In this document: positions 23,401-35,700 of the stretch, piece after piece
How the letters are laid out: the number at the start of each line of letters is the position of its first letter
Numbering within the stretch: the stretch's first letter is position 1
Translations under genes and position numbers: made by a program
From: Amphiscolops sp. MND2022
Taxonomy: Eukaryota
Length of the DNA: 64,000 nucleotides
Reading direction: 5' to 3'
NCBI GenBank assembly: GCA_964187785.1
Contig: OZ076413.1
Span: forward strand, 50,780,001 to 50,844,000
The notes under the pieces: model-generated
The model's database searches: none
What the model saw: only the letters and a program-made list of their open reading frames with translations
Told to the model about the DNA's origin: nothing

Positions 23401-25854
23401 CGCCACAGATACAGCTCGGAAACTTCGGGAAGTTTTAGCATCAGGAGGTTTCAACCTAACCAAATGGAGCTCGAACAGTCGTAATTTCCTAGCAGGTTTG
23501 AGCCCCGAACTACGAGCAACTGGAGCCAATCCCGACGATAAATTGACACTGCAGCGGGTCCTTGGTTTGCCATTGGACCCAGAGAAAGACACGTACCTCA
23601 TCCAACCCGAAAGCTACCGTAAAGCCAAGGATATTCGAATACCAACTCAACGCAATCTGCTGAAATTTACTTTTATATTCGATCCCTTAGGGATCACAGC
23701 ACCGTTAATCATTCGTTTGCGATGTATTATGCAGCTTGCTTGGAGCACCGGACAACAATGGGACAAACCTATTCCAGAAGATCAACTCGCAGAATTCCAA
23801 CAGTGGACCGATGAAATTGACCATCTCGAGAATATTCAACTACCTCGACAGCTGCATAATTACCGAAGTCAGCCCGAACATCATGAACTTCATGTTTTCT
23901 CCGATGCGTCCGAGAAAGCATTCGCCGCAGTTGCCTACCTGCGTACAACTCACGACGACAGTCACGTCAGCATCACTTTTTTAATCGGAAAAGCAAGAGT
24001 CGCCCCAATGAAACGACTCACAATTCCGAACTTAGAACTTCAAGCAGCCACATTAGGAAGCCGCCTTGCTACCTACATCAAAGAAGAACTCGACCTCCAC
24101 ATAGCTCGGACATTCATGTGGACGGACAGTACAACCGTTTTACACTGGATCAACGCCTCTAATCAAAGACACAGGATTTTCGTAGCGAACCGCCTGAATA
24201 TTATTCTCGACTCGACAGAAGCTTCAAATTGGCGATACGTTCCAACTATCGAAAATCCCGCAGATGCTGGAACAAGAGGATATCAAGCTAACCAGATGAA
24301 TGCCACTTCACGTTGGATTCAAGGACCCTCATTTCTACAGAAAAAAAAACAGTTTTGGCCAACACAGCCTCCAATTTCTCAACAAGTTGCTATGTCTCAT
24401 GCCGACGCACCACCTGACTGCAGCACTAGCCCTCCTTTTGACATTACCCGCTTCAGTAATTGGAACCGTCTAATCAGGACCGTTGCTTTCTGTTTCCTCG
24501 TTGCCGACAAAGCCAAAAACAGTCAAGTTATCAAAGCATTCAAGTTCCTCATCAAGAATGCTCAGCAGCAGTCCTTCTCTAAAGAAATAAATGAGCTATT
24601 GCAGAAGAAATCCCTATCTAACAAGCCTAGGATTGTACAACTCAGTCCCTTCATCGACGACCATGGCTTCTTGCGTTCTCGTGGCCGCCTTGGAAAGGCC
24701 TCGATAATTCTTTGTAGCCGATACCCAGTCATCTTGGATGCTGAGAACCCTTCGATCGACCTCTACTTGAAACACGTTCACGACACCAATGGACATTGTG
24801 GACTCGCGTTCAGCCGTGCCCTGATTCAACAACAATTTTGGATTCTGAAAGCCCGGAATGTGTTACGACGAATCATCCGACATTGTATCACCTGCCGCAG
24901 ACAGCAACAAGATGTTATCCAGCCAATAATGGCTGATTTGCCGAAAGAAAAGCTCCCTTCTACAATCAATTATCCCTTCCGCACCACTGGAATTGATTAC
25001 ATGGGACCGTTCTTCATTAAAACTCCACGTGCCGAAAAACGGTACGTCCTTTTCTTTACCTGCCTCGTTACAAGAGCTGTTCACATCGAAGTTACTGCAA
25101 AATTGAACACAGACGACACAATTCTAGCCATTCGACGATTCATTTGCCGCAGAGGCCAGCCTCAGTCTATCAGATCCGACAACGCAACTACATTTGTCTC
25201 TGCCAACAAAGACCTAAAAGCTGCTTTGAAGAAACTTGAATTAGCGTCACCAGAGATTTCAGCTCGTCTTGGTATTTCAACCCACCCGCTGCTCCTCATT
25301 TTGGGGGCGCATGGGAGCGGTTGATCCGCTCTTTCAAAGACACCTTCTACAAAATTGTTGGATCAAGAACCCTTCAAGAACCGACGCTACACACCTTTGC
25401 CTGTGAAGTTGAGGCTATCATGAACAACCGCCCACTTCTCCACGTTTCTTCAGACGTCACTGACATGGAGCCTTTAACTCCAAATCATATTTTACTTGGT
25501 AGACCTCAGCCAGTTGTACCAATAGGTATCTTCTACCAAGACGCAGACGCCTACACCTGGAAGAAAGCCCAAGTTCTGGCCGACAATTTTTGGTCCAGGT
25601 TCATCAAAGAGTACCTCCCCACACTTCAACGAAGAACCAAGTGGACAAAAAACTCGTAAGATTTAAATCCTGGAGATTTAGTCTGGATTTTAGAAGACTT
25701 CACAGCCCGTGGAATATGGCCCGTTGGAAGAGTTAAATCCGTCACTAGAGGAACTGACAATGTAGCCCGCTCATGTGACCTCGCCACATCTTTTGGAATT
25801 ATAAAAAGACCTGCAGTGAAACTTTCGAAACTCTTCATTTGTGACCGCGACTAA
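20457..25854 (+). pseudogene. BEL/Pao gag-pol, nearly intact (frameshifts near 23135 and ~25270, premature TAA at 25657)
   Basis: MVSTRSQ start; FNGDPLLW, CFNCL...HHTLLH, ALLDSGS, WYLPHHPV, YMDD, HVFSDASE, GIDYMGPF, SDNATTF; stop at 25852-25854. Confidence 0.95.
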
Positions 25855-25926
25855 CCCAGACCATCTCAAACTTGATGACTTGCAAACTCTGATAGTTTAT
25901 TTGCCTCCTGCAAATGGGGCCGGCCA

Positions 25927-26318
25927 TGTCATGCAATGCATGATTTAATTTCTCGGACCTTTATAACAATGAAATTGACTGATGAATCACGCCATTGATG
26001 AATCATTATTGCCTTTGATGTCACTCAATCCAAATAATTGACAATTTAATCCCGCAAAATGGATTTTCAACTGGAGATATTTCGACAAGGAATTTTCAAG
26101 GTTATGTTTTGTTTCCATGCCCTTCATAGTCAACCCTTTATGTGAACTGTTACATTGAATTAAGCCTAAGTCTTAGACCGCTTTCTTGAACATTCAATAT
26201 GAAATATTACTAAACCTTTTACTAAGTAACGCCTTTCATTTCCGGTATTTGGAGACTGCCTGGAGACATACAGGTACTAAGTAGTCTTTCTCTAAACTTT
26301 CTTCAACTACTATACACA
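25927..26318 (+). repeat. 3' LTR
   Basis: Direct repeat of 19867-20258. Confidence 0.97.
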
Positions 26319-26533
26319 GGAACCATGGCAAGGCGAGCTAGATGGAAATTCATGGCCAGAAAATTTGAATCGCTATGGAAACCACTGAATCATCAGCACC
26401 TGACTTCCGTATTTTTGCACAACTTCAACACCACGTGCTGGGCCCTCAGAAAACCGGGAAGCATAAATTTGAATTTTTACACTATTTACAGCAAAGCAAA
26501 GTATATACACAGAAGCAGAACAAAAACTTCGAA

Positions 26534-26756
26534 TCAAGTTTTACTGATGAGCCTGTTTACTTTTTCCAAGTTAGAAGAAGCAATTTGATTATGGGGATCT
26601 AACTCGAGGGCTTTGAGGTAAGCCTCTTTGGCCTGTAGATATTTTTTTTGCAGATGCAACACAGCTCCCAGATTGGAATGTGCTTCTACTAATTTAGGAT
26701 CCATACTCGTACTCTGTCTGAATAACTCCTCTGCTTTGTCATAGTCTCCCAGATGT
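26534..26756 (-). CDS. TMTC2: TMTC last exon (TPR)
   Basis: AHSNLGAVLHLQKKYLQAKEAYLKALELDP...NLEKV; TGA stop. Confidence 0.92.
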
Positions 26757-29700
26757 CTGAAACATTGATGTGCATGCAATTTGTCGCTTACCATGAACAT
26801 TGTGAGGTACTACGTTATGTCCGGCAGTGAATAACGAGCAGGAATAAGGTTTAACGAATAGCGTCTAAAGCCAAGTCATGCTTATTCCCAATCTTAATTC
26901 ATTGAACTTCAGGTGTTAATTCTCAAGACGTTATTCGCGCTTCTAGCAGTGAATTAGGTCGCTTGTAAGTGAAAGCGCGAAAAAAGTGGAAGCGATGTAA
27001 TATCAGAATAAGCACCGATAGCGAAAGCGACGACTGAAATTTGCGGTAATTTGATTGGTGTGAACTTTCATCTATTTTTAACCTGTATTCAATTATGGTA
27101 ACCTTGTGGCATCAAAAGTTGACATGCAATGACAGAATTCCGAAAATCATTATTGTCAAGTATTTTGACCCGGCACCAGAACAGTTGAAAGATTTGTCTC
27201 TTGTGCTGGTAGTTTTTTGACAAAAGGAAGCAACAGATCAAGTTCGAAATGTAAAAAAAGTTGCATATGAAAACTTGACGTTGCCGAACCAAAAATCTTC
27301 CAAAAAGCGCCGGTTAAGCGTAAAGGGTCAGTAACAAGTGCAACAAGTGTTAAGCGGTGTTTTTTGGGTAAAACGTAATTCACTGACGACCAGTAAAGTT
27401 GAATAAATGGGCAAAAGTTGTCTTAAATGCTGGTGCATATATGGTCAATTTCTTTCAAACCATATCCAAGAAAGCGACAGATCTAGGCCTCTTAAGATTT
27501 TTTTGAACTTCTGGCAAACACAAATACTTGCTTTATGCCCGTATACACGCGCCGCATAAATTCTATATCCCTGGTCATTGCTGTATTTCCTTAATTGAAC
27601 TCTAATGTCGAAAGTGGTCGCGTTCACACAGCGAAATCAGGTGATTTTACCTGTATGCATGGCCAAGATTGATGACAGCTCTTTTCACACCTTTTGACGC
27701 ATTTTTAGCTTCTGAATCCACCAATCGAATCACTTCTTTATAGTGCTCCACAGCTCCATGGAAATCCAATTTCTTATTCAGCAGGTAAAACCCTGAAACA
27801 ACGTGGAACCCAATCACAAACGGTGACGTCATTAGTTTGAATTATCAGACGATGATCATCAACAAAGAGTGTTGATCCAAAATATCCCTAAACTTGAAAT
27901 TCTTGTCCATACAAAGGACTGTATTTTTTGAAGGACTGTACGAAAAGCAAAGTGCTAAATTTTGTTCGATCAAATGGGTGGTATACCTTCAACCATTGAA
28001 AATAATTTTTCAACCCTCATATTTTCTCAAGAACCTTGTTTACTACAGAACTAACCATAAACATCATGGGCCATAACTTGCTTGGGATAGAGTGAGAATA
28101 TCTTGGTAAACAGTGTCTCGATTTCTTGATGATGGGACGAAGTCTGAACCAGGAAGCTACCGAAAGCTAGCAGGCTTTTCTCACCATTGGGCGACGTTGC
28201 AAACAGATCCTTAAACACTTTTCTAGCTTCTTCTAGTTTCCCCAATCTGCCTAACGCTCGTCCTGGAATAGAAAACGTTGAAAGGACTTCAAACAAAATT
28301 ATACCGGACAGAGAATTCCTTCTTGGTATTTTACGTTTTCAATTGAGCCCACATTTTAGGCTAGTTAGTAAATGATGTTTTGGCAATTATTGAATGAGAT
28401 GATTACTGGTATCCCTATTCGCCGGGGTCTAGCGTAACTTGTGACTATCAAAAGCATCCATCCTTCTCTAACTTGGAACCACACAAATGACTGACCTCGA
28501 CGGTTTACGTCACAATGTATAAGCATTGCGAATACACAGACACACCCCCTCTCAATCAGAACCCCTTGCAATAAAGGTGTATAACACTGTATAACGCCAT
28601 GCACAACACTACTACCGTATAAATTGAGGACCCGGCGATCAACGGGTTTATTGAATCTCTGATAAGCATTAATGCAGAGTTCCAAGTTTTCTACACAAGA
28701 GCTCGACTCGTTTCTCTCGAACTGTATTTTGGCCAGATTAAAACAAGACGTTGTGTATCCTTTCTGGAAGTTCTTCTGGTCTTTGATGCCCTCACCAGTT
28801 TGTTTCAGAGCCATTTTGTACACTTCTTCCGCCTTCCGAGGCAAGTTCAGCTGTTCCAAAGAATCACCCATGTTCGAATAAGCAACTAAAAATAAAGATA
28901 GTAAGTAGTTAATAAGACAAGATTGTTAATAGAATCTTGTACAATTCTAGATGACTCTACCTCTGCCATCTCGAATATTTTATTAAGAACTGCCAACATC
29001 ATGACATCTTGGGTATCTTGGCAATACGCTGAATATCTTGCGTGGTTAGATTTTTCGATTTTTTGACGATCTGGAAACTGTTCAAAATGGTCAATTTTTC
29101 AAGATGTCAATACCTCGCGAGCTGTAAATACCGTTGAGATTTTTAAAAGCATGATTATGCAATTTCTCGATTTGAAACCTTCTACTTTATTTTACAACAA
29201 GACGGGAACGTCTAAAGTCGGCGCTATATCTAAGGCTCAAAAAAGCGCTAAGTTTTTAAACTTGTAAAAGGGGGACCCTTTCAGCTTTTTGAAAATCCAG
29301 TCTGTTGCAAAATATCAAAAAAATTGAAGGAGACAATAAAAAAATTCGGAAATTTTTTTGAAAAAACTTTCGAAAAAACGAAAAATGAGAATTTTGAAAC
29401 AGTCTCACAGTGCCGAAAACTAGAGAGGGGGGACCCTTTGGGCTTTTTGAAACTTCAGTTTGCTGCAAAATATCAAAAAACTTGAAGGGGGGACCGTTTG
29501 GCGACAAAAGAAAATTCGAAAAAAAAGTCGCACAGTGCCGAAAAAAATTCAAAGGGGGGGGGGGGACCCTGTAGTCCCGTCCGGTTTTGTATCTTACGTT
29601 AAAAATTGAGTACACGAAAGGGGGACCCTTTGCAGTAACTCAGATGTGATTCCGCTTGCCGGTTCAGTACTTTTAGTAGTTCTGTAAAAAGTGTCCACTA

Positions 29701-32700
29701 CGCATACATTCTGTGGTCTGACGAAAAAAAAAGAAAAAAAAACTTGCCACTGTAATAGTCGGGCTCATTTTCTTCTAAAATGCGCCGACTAAAAATAGGC
29801 CCCTCCGGGGCTCAGTACTATTTCTGCTTTAATCTTTATTTTTTTAAAAAACAAAAAAAATCATTAATAAAAGAATCATATCTGGAATACCAATACACTC
29901 TTGTTTAATCATTATTTAGCGCACAATTACATGTAATCACTGTACAAGTTTACACCGCCTTTAATTTTTCTCGGACTAAAGAAGATATAACTACTAAGCG
30001 TAGACGAAGTTTCGCATTCGCATTTGAATGCAGGCGAAGCTCTCAACGAACGAATAATTAACACTCATTCGCTTCATCTCAATAACTCGGGGCAACGAAA
30101 GCACAATTACGAACATTCGCTCGCTTCATCTCAATGACGTCAGCATACGAATGGATAATTACCACTCGCTCGTTCCATCGCACTAGAATTGAATTTAAAT
30201 CTCTCGCTTACACTCACTGCCGAACAAAATATCTGAATTATCCAGATCGTCCGAAAAATTGTTCTGAAAAAAAGTATACGTTTCCAGATTTCAATAATAT
30301 TCCTGCTAAAGCAGAAATATTAATAATGCATGCATAGATAAGCCTGAAACCAATTAACCTGTCAAGAAGGGCCGGCAGTCAATGGCATTTTGATAGCTCA
30401 GGATTGCTTTCTCATGTTGCCCCATTTCTTGGTACATGACGCCTCTATCACAAAAAACAGGTGAAACTAAAAAACAATGTCAAAAATTGTTCACTTTAAT
30501 TTGAAATAGATAGCCAGCAAATTTACAATTCCCATTATAAACAATATTTGCAGATCGATAAACCTGTGAACAAAAATTACGTTTTTCTGATTTAAAATGT
30601 AAATAGTGGTGACGGTTGTGAAAAGTGATGAATTATTATTTGGCGATGAGCCAGGTACTGAAGGAAGTGACGTCATACTAACAAATTGTAGTGAGTATCT
30701 CCCATATTGGGTCGATGACTCAGAGCCGCGAAATATAGGAACTCTGCTTGTTGGTACTGTTTTCTCGAGAAGTGTACATTAGCTAAGTTGGCATACGCTA
30801 AAACACGAAACCACAACAGTACAACTTCAACTGGAACTTGATCATTTATGAATATCCATCAAACCATAAAACAGACTTCAGTCTTCCATGTTTGGTATTC
30901 GCAAAATGGGAACATTTAAATGAATTAACCCAATCAACTTTCACAACTAAAAAAGGGCATACTGCGGAGTACGTAATCAGCAGGGGTCAAAACTAGAATG
31001 GTGAGGGGTGTAACCGTAACTAAACTAGGATTAATCAACTTTTATTATCGAGTTTTTTTTTCAAAATCAACTGAGAAATGCAAAAATAGGCATTATCGAA
31101 TAAAAACCCGAGTGCAACCATTCTGGAACTGACCTTTAGCAGGATTGACTGAGATGCCTGATTTGTAGAGCGACTGCTCTGTCTTCCAATCTGCATTGCG
31201 CAATAAAGTTCGACAGAAAAATGTAATTATAAGAAGAACGAAAAGTAATGTTATTGCACGTTTCCATTGCGAAAATCGAGCGCATAAATTGTAATATGCA
31301 GTAGTGACAAGGATACAATACCCAATGCTCGGCATGAACAAAACCCTTTCTGCAACCACAAACCCGACGTAGAAAAATAAATTAGTCGAGGGTAGAAACG
31401 GAATGACAAGAAAACAAAAGGCAAAATATAACTGCACCATATGAGGATGCAGAGGTGAATCAAACCACGTAGTCCTGTTATCGAGATAAGAAGTGATCGA
31501 TGTGAATTCAGAGGACTCCAATAAGCTGGAAAGTAACCTCAAAGCAAGAGATACAAAAAACGAATAGAATATCACAACTAATAGAACACGATTATCGGAA
31601 AAGGATTCAATGAGAGGTATTGAGTCCATTGACCAATCAAAACTGAGTATGTCGGGACAGAGAAGTAATTTCAAATTGAACACAGGGAGATAGAGGAAAG
31701 TGAGAGTACGCACAAGAAGGGATTCTTCAACTGCATTTCCACAGGGCTGTCATAACTTCGAACTTTATTTTAAGTATTTAAAGGTGTCAAAAACGGGTGA
31801 ATTGAAAAAAAAATGGAGAAAAAACAAGCTGGAAACAGTCGAAGCTGGTGCCTCCTAAAGGCACAAAAAGTGCAATGTCCTCCCAATTCGCTAAATATCA
31901 AAGCATTCCCTTCCGAAAATGAGAAGGCTTAGGACTCTTTGATCTATTCTAGTTTTGTAAAAAAAGCTAAAATATTCGATAACTTGAGGGGGAACATTTT
32001 GGGACGTTAAGGATTTTTCTATCGTTAGCAGCACCAGTTTTGACATTTTTTGTCGAAAGAAAATACAAAAATCAAATGCATATTGTAATTAGTGAAATTG
32101 CGTTGTGCTGTTTACGGAAACTTGAAAAAGCATGGCGATTAAAAACTAATAGAGGTATTTCAGCATCGATACGTTATAAATTGACAGCCCTGCGATGGGA
32201 TTATCGCTTTTGGAGAATACGGGGGCCACAAGCTGGAGATGCAAACGCCAATACATCACTGCTGCACATGCAGTTGAGAAAAAGAACAGACTGATCAAAT
32301 CTAGTCTGACTGATGAAAGCTCTTTCCTGGAAATCGAATAAATAATTAGATTCGCGATGGATTCGACAGAGCACCCTGTAAGCACCGGGATATTTTCCGT
32401 CCTGAATTAATTTCAGCAAGAGATTGAAAAACTCGTTTAGAACTCGAGCAATATTTTTGGAATTTTTTTCTATCTTCAGATACTTCTTCAAAAAGTACAG
32501 ATATCTCCTTAAATACATTGGCTACGAAACCACTTTTTAAATCTTTGAAGTGTATAGAAGGAGCCCCATTTTTAGTCGGCGCATTTTCCTTTAAGGAAAA
32601 AAGCCCGACTATTACAGTGGCTAGTTTTTTTTTTTTCGTCAGACCACAGAGCTCATCGCGTATGTACCACTTTTTACAGAAACTGATAAGTTCACTCAGG

Positions 32701-35700
32701 CCAGTTCGACCAATGCAAACTTACTGCAAAGGGTCCCCCCTTTCGTTTTTTACCTTTTTTACGTAACCTACAAAACCGGAAGACTCCAAAAGGTCCCCCC
32801 CTTTCAACTTTTTTTCGGCACTGTGCGAATTTTTTTTTCGAAAATTTTTAATTTTTCAAAAGAGTCCCCCCTTCGGATTTTCTGATATTTTGCAACAAAA
32901 AGTATGTTAATGAATCCCAAAGGGTCCCCCTTTTCATTTTTCGGCACTATGTGACGTTTTCGAAGTTTTTTCAAAAAAAAACTTTCAAAAAAATTTTTTC
33001 TTTGTTTCCAGTCGAGTCGGGAAAATTTATTTTCCAGTCATATCGAGCATGAAAGGCACACTTTGGGTGTCTCGAAAGTGTTTTCAAAGCTTTTCATGAA
33101 TACATCTTGGGCATATTTAGAAAACTCTGAGCTTTTTGAGCCTTAGATATAGCGCCGACTTTAGACGTTCCCGTCTTGTTTCAAATAATATTAGCATGTG
33201 GCAAACTGCAAGATCTAAGTAAGCGTTGCATGCGGATTTAACCATAATTAGATCCGTCTGTAACACTTACCTTGATTTTCACTGTAATCAAAAGTTTCAA
33301 TTTTTGCGTTGATCGATGATTTAGCTTTGCACTTCGTTTTCTTTCAAATCGGTTAGAAGCTGAAACATCTCACCTTTGTGTGTCTGAAAACCAACGACAG
33401 CAAAGCCGTATGATATTCAGGGCCGAGCAAATGGCGAGAACTGTGATACCTTGTTCCTTCCATAGCAACGCCACAAAAGCCAAGCTTGACGTCAGAAAAA
33501 GACTGAACAACGTTGATGACGAACATGGCTCGTGAAAACTGAAATCATCGAAAAACGGCAAGTTATTTTTTAAATAAAAATCGAAACATAAGAAATGATT
33601 TAAACTTCAATGCCTCTGAAATCTAATGAAATAGAAAAACTCTAAAATTTCAAATCAACAAGTTCGGAATAGCATTATGCTTTCAACACTGAAAGGGGGG
33701 ACATATAAAGGAAGGGAAAATTGATGAGTTTTGTATGAGGCATGAATCAAAGAGACAATGATTTCATGCTCACAGTTGAAGTTTGGAGCATTCGGGAACC
33801 TTTCACAGAATTCTAATTTTTTGATTCTGATGCAATTTTATATCATATAGTATAGCACTAAGATGATTACACGTCTGAGGTGATTTCCAGTGACCTGCTT
33901 TTAATTGGCGCTTTTTGTCAAACATAATCCAAATCTTACTATTGCTAAGTTTTTATCCAGAACACAAATTCCACACAGAACGATTCATTCTTCTTAGATT
34001 TGTAATAGCTTTTTAGCACTGGGTGAGATTTTGGGACTTTCTGCGAAAAGGCAATTCGCATTGCTTTTGCCTTCCTAGTAGTGGAAGACAAATGGTAACT
34101 TTTTTCAAGTTTTCCGCGATGAAATTTAACCATGCAACGAGTCAGTCAAAAACAACGAACGAGATCTCATCACACAAAACTGGACCATATAGAAAAGAAC
34201 AAAATGAAGCCCTGAAAGTTGAAGACAGACATGAATCACTGAAACTGAAGCTAACTTCTGCGATCGGCATAGAAAGTAGAACTCTGGAAAGTTTCTTGAA
34301 GAAATATAAAAAGCTAATGCGAAATAGCCGCAAAAACGTTCGAAGTTTCTACCAGTACACCATTACTGGATGGAGACCAAAAACAAACAGGGTCACTGTT
34401 GGCGCCAGTCGATTGCAAGACAAGAAACTCAATATCGAGCAAGTTGGATGAAAATTATAACTCAAAACTCTTCGAAACTTTTAATGAAAATCAATCGTCA
34501 CATATCTTCAAACCTAAAAAAAACGTGATTGCTTGGTATATCTGGATGAAACAGTACACGAATGCAAACGTGGTCATTCACTCGAAATGCAAATAATGTG
34601 ATCACCCCCAAAAGGCACTGATTCAACGTACCATATGAGACCACCTGACAAACCTGCAGGGTCCGCTCTATTGTTTATTTACATAACCAATACTTTTATA
34701 TTACACTCAACTGTCATATATTTATACTTCCTATTCCGAGTTATATTCTTCGAGAAATATAACTCAACCATTAAGGCACAAAACGATTGAAAAGCTGCGA
34801 CCAAGTCGGTCGCTCAGGGCCACCTAATTTCTCAATTCACTCCTTCACCTCTTTTCTACTTTTGGCCAAAGACTCAGGGCGATAAAGTTAGTTTCTCTCA
34901 ATCTATGGAGAGTTGGACACCTTAAGAGACAAGGAGAAATAGCAATTGGAATTCTGAACTGCAGGGCCAGAAAAGGGCTTGCCTCTGAAAACTATCAAGG
35001 CTAAAATTATAACCGAAAATTGGCAGTATAAAACTATTTCAAAATAATATGAGTTGGCGTAATTTCTCAGCACCATTCACATTGCCCTCAATTGTATGAG
35101 GAAAAAATCAACTACAGAAGCCGCCCAGTGCTCTATATTTTACTTGGTACTTGTACTTCTGCTACCGGCAGTTGGACCCGGTGCTCTTTTCAAGGTTCAG
35201 AGCAGAACCATTGTAACAAACCATCAATTTCAGTGATAAAGACTTTAGATCGGTTGAAAACAACGAATTATTTAAACTTTTATACTCGAAAATGAACTAA
35301 ATCTCAAAGACCGCTAAAAATTCGAACGTTTGCTGCAAACTGTCAATCATACATGAAAAAGCGCTCGTTAAAATTCAATCAATTACATTAATTAACTTTC
35401 CGGTCATGCAACTGTTGATGCAAATGTTTCTCGTTCAACAAAGTATTTAATAGTTTTTTCTACTTCTAAGTTGCTCTTTTCCCAATAATTTTCCTCGTTC
35501 TGAAAGGGTCCTTCCGTAAAATTTGATATTTTCCTATCATACGCCAGCAGAAAAACAGAATATTCATAGTAGCAAAACTAGCAAGAATTTTAAGGTTTCT
35601 TGAAACAAGAAAACTAATCGGAACAGGGGTAAAACACTTGCTTGACTCTAACAAAATTCAGCTTTCATTTCAGAAGAATTATTGAAAGAACTGAGTATAA

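Larger units (their letters stand above)
19867..26318 (+). mobile_element. Full-length BEL/Pao LTR retrotransposon, recent insertion
   Basis: 392-bp TG...CA LTRs (19867-20258, 25927-26318) with 2 mismatches; TSD GGAAC (19862-19866, 26319-26323); PBS TGGCGCCCC; PPT-like AAATGGGGCCGGCCA. Confidence 0.97.

Noticed and set aside
29256..29615. ORFs within HINE copies (also 12487-12843, 18909-19202, 40843-41250)
   Set aside because: Low-complexity F/K-rich translations of repeat sequence.
30415..30425. Apparent frameshift in TMTC exon 8
   Set aside because: Recounting the C run (four Cs) shows the frame is intact.
31742..32192. Intron inverted repeat read as a hAT MITE (CAGGGCTG ends)
   Set aside because: The 8-bp flanks (CATTTCCA versus CGATGGGA) do not match, and precise removal would not restore the frame; kept as a splice-associated duplex instead.
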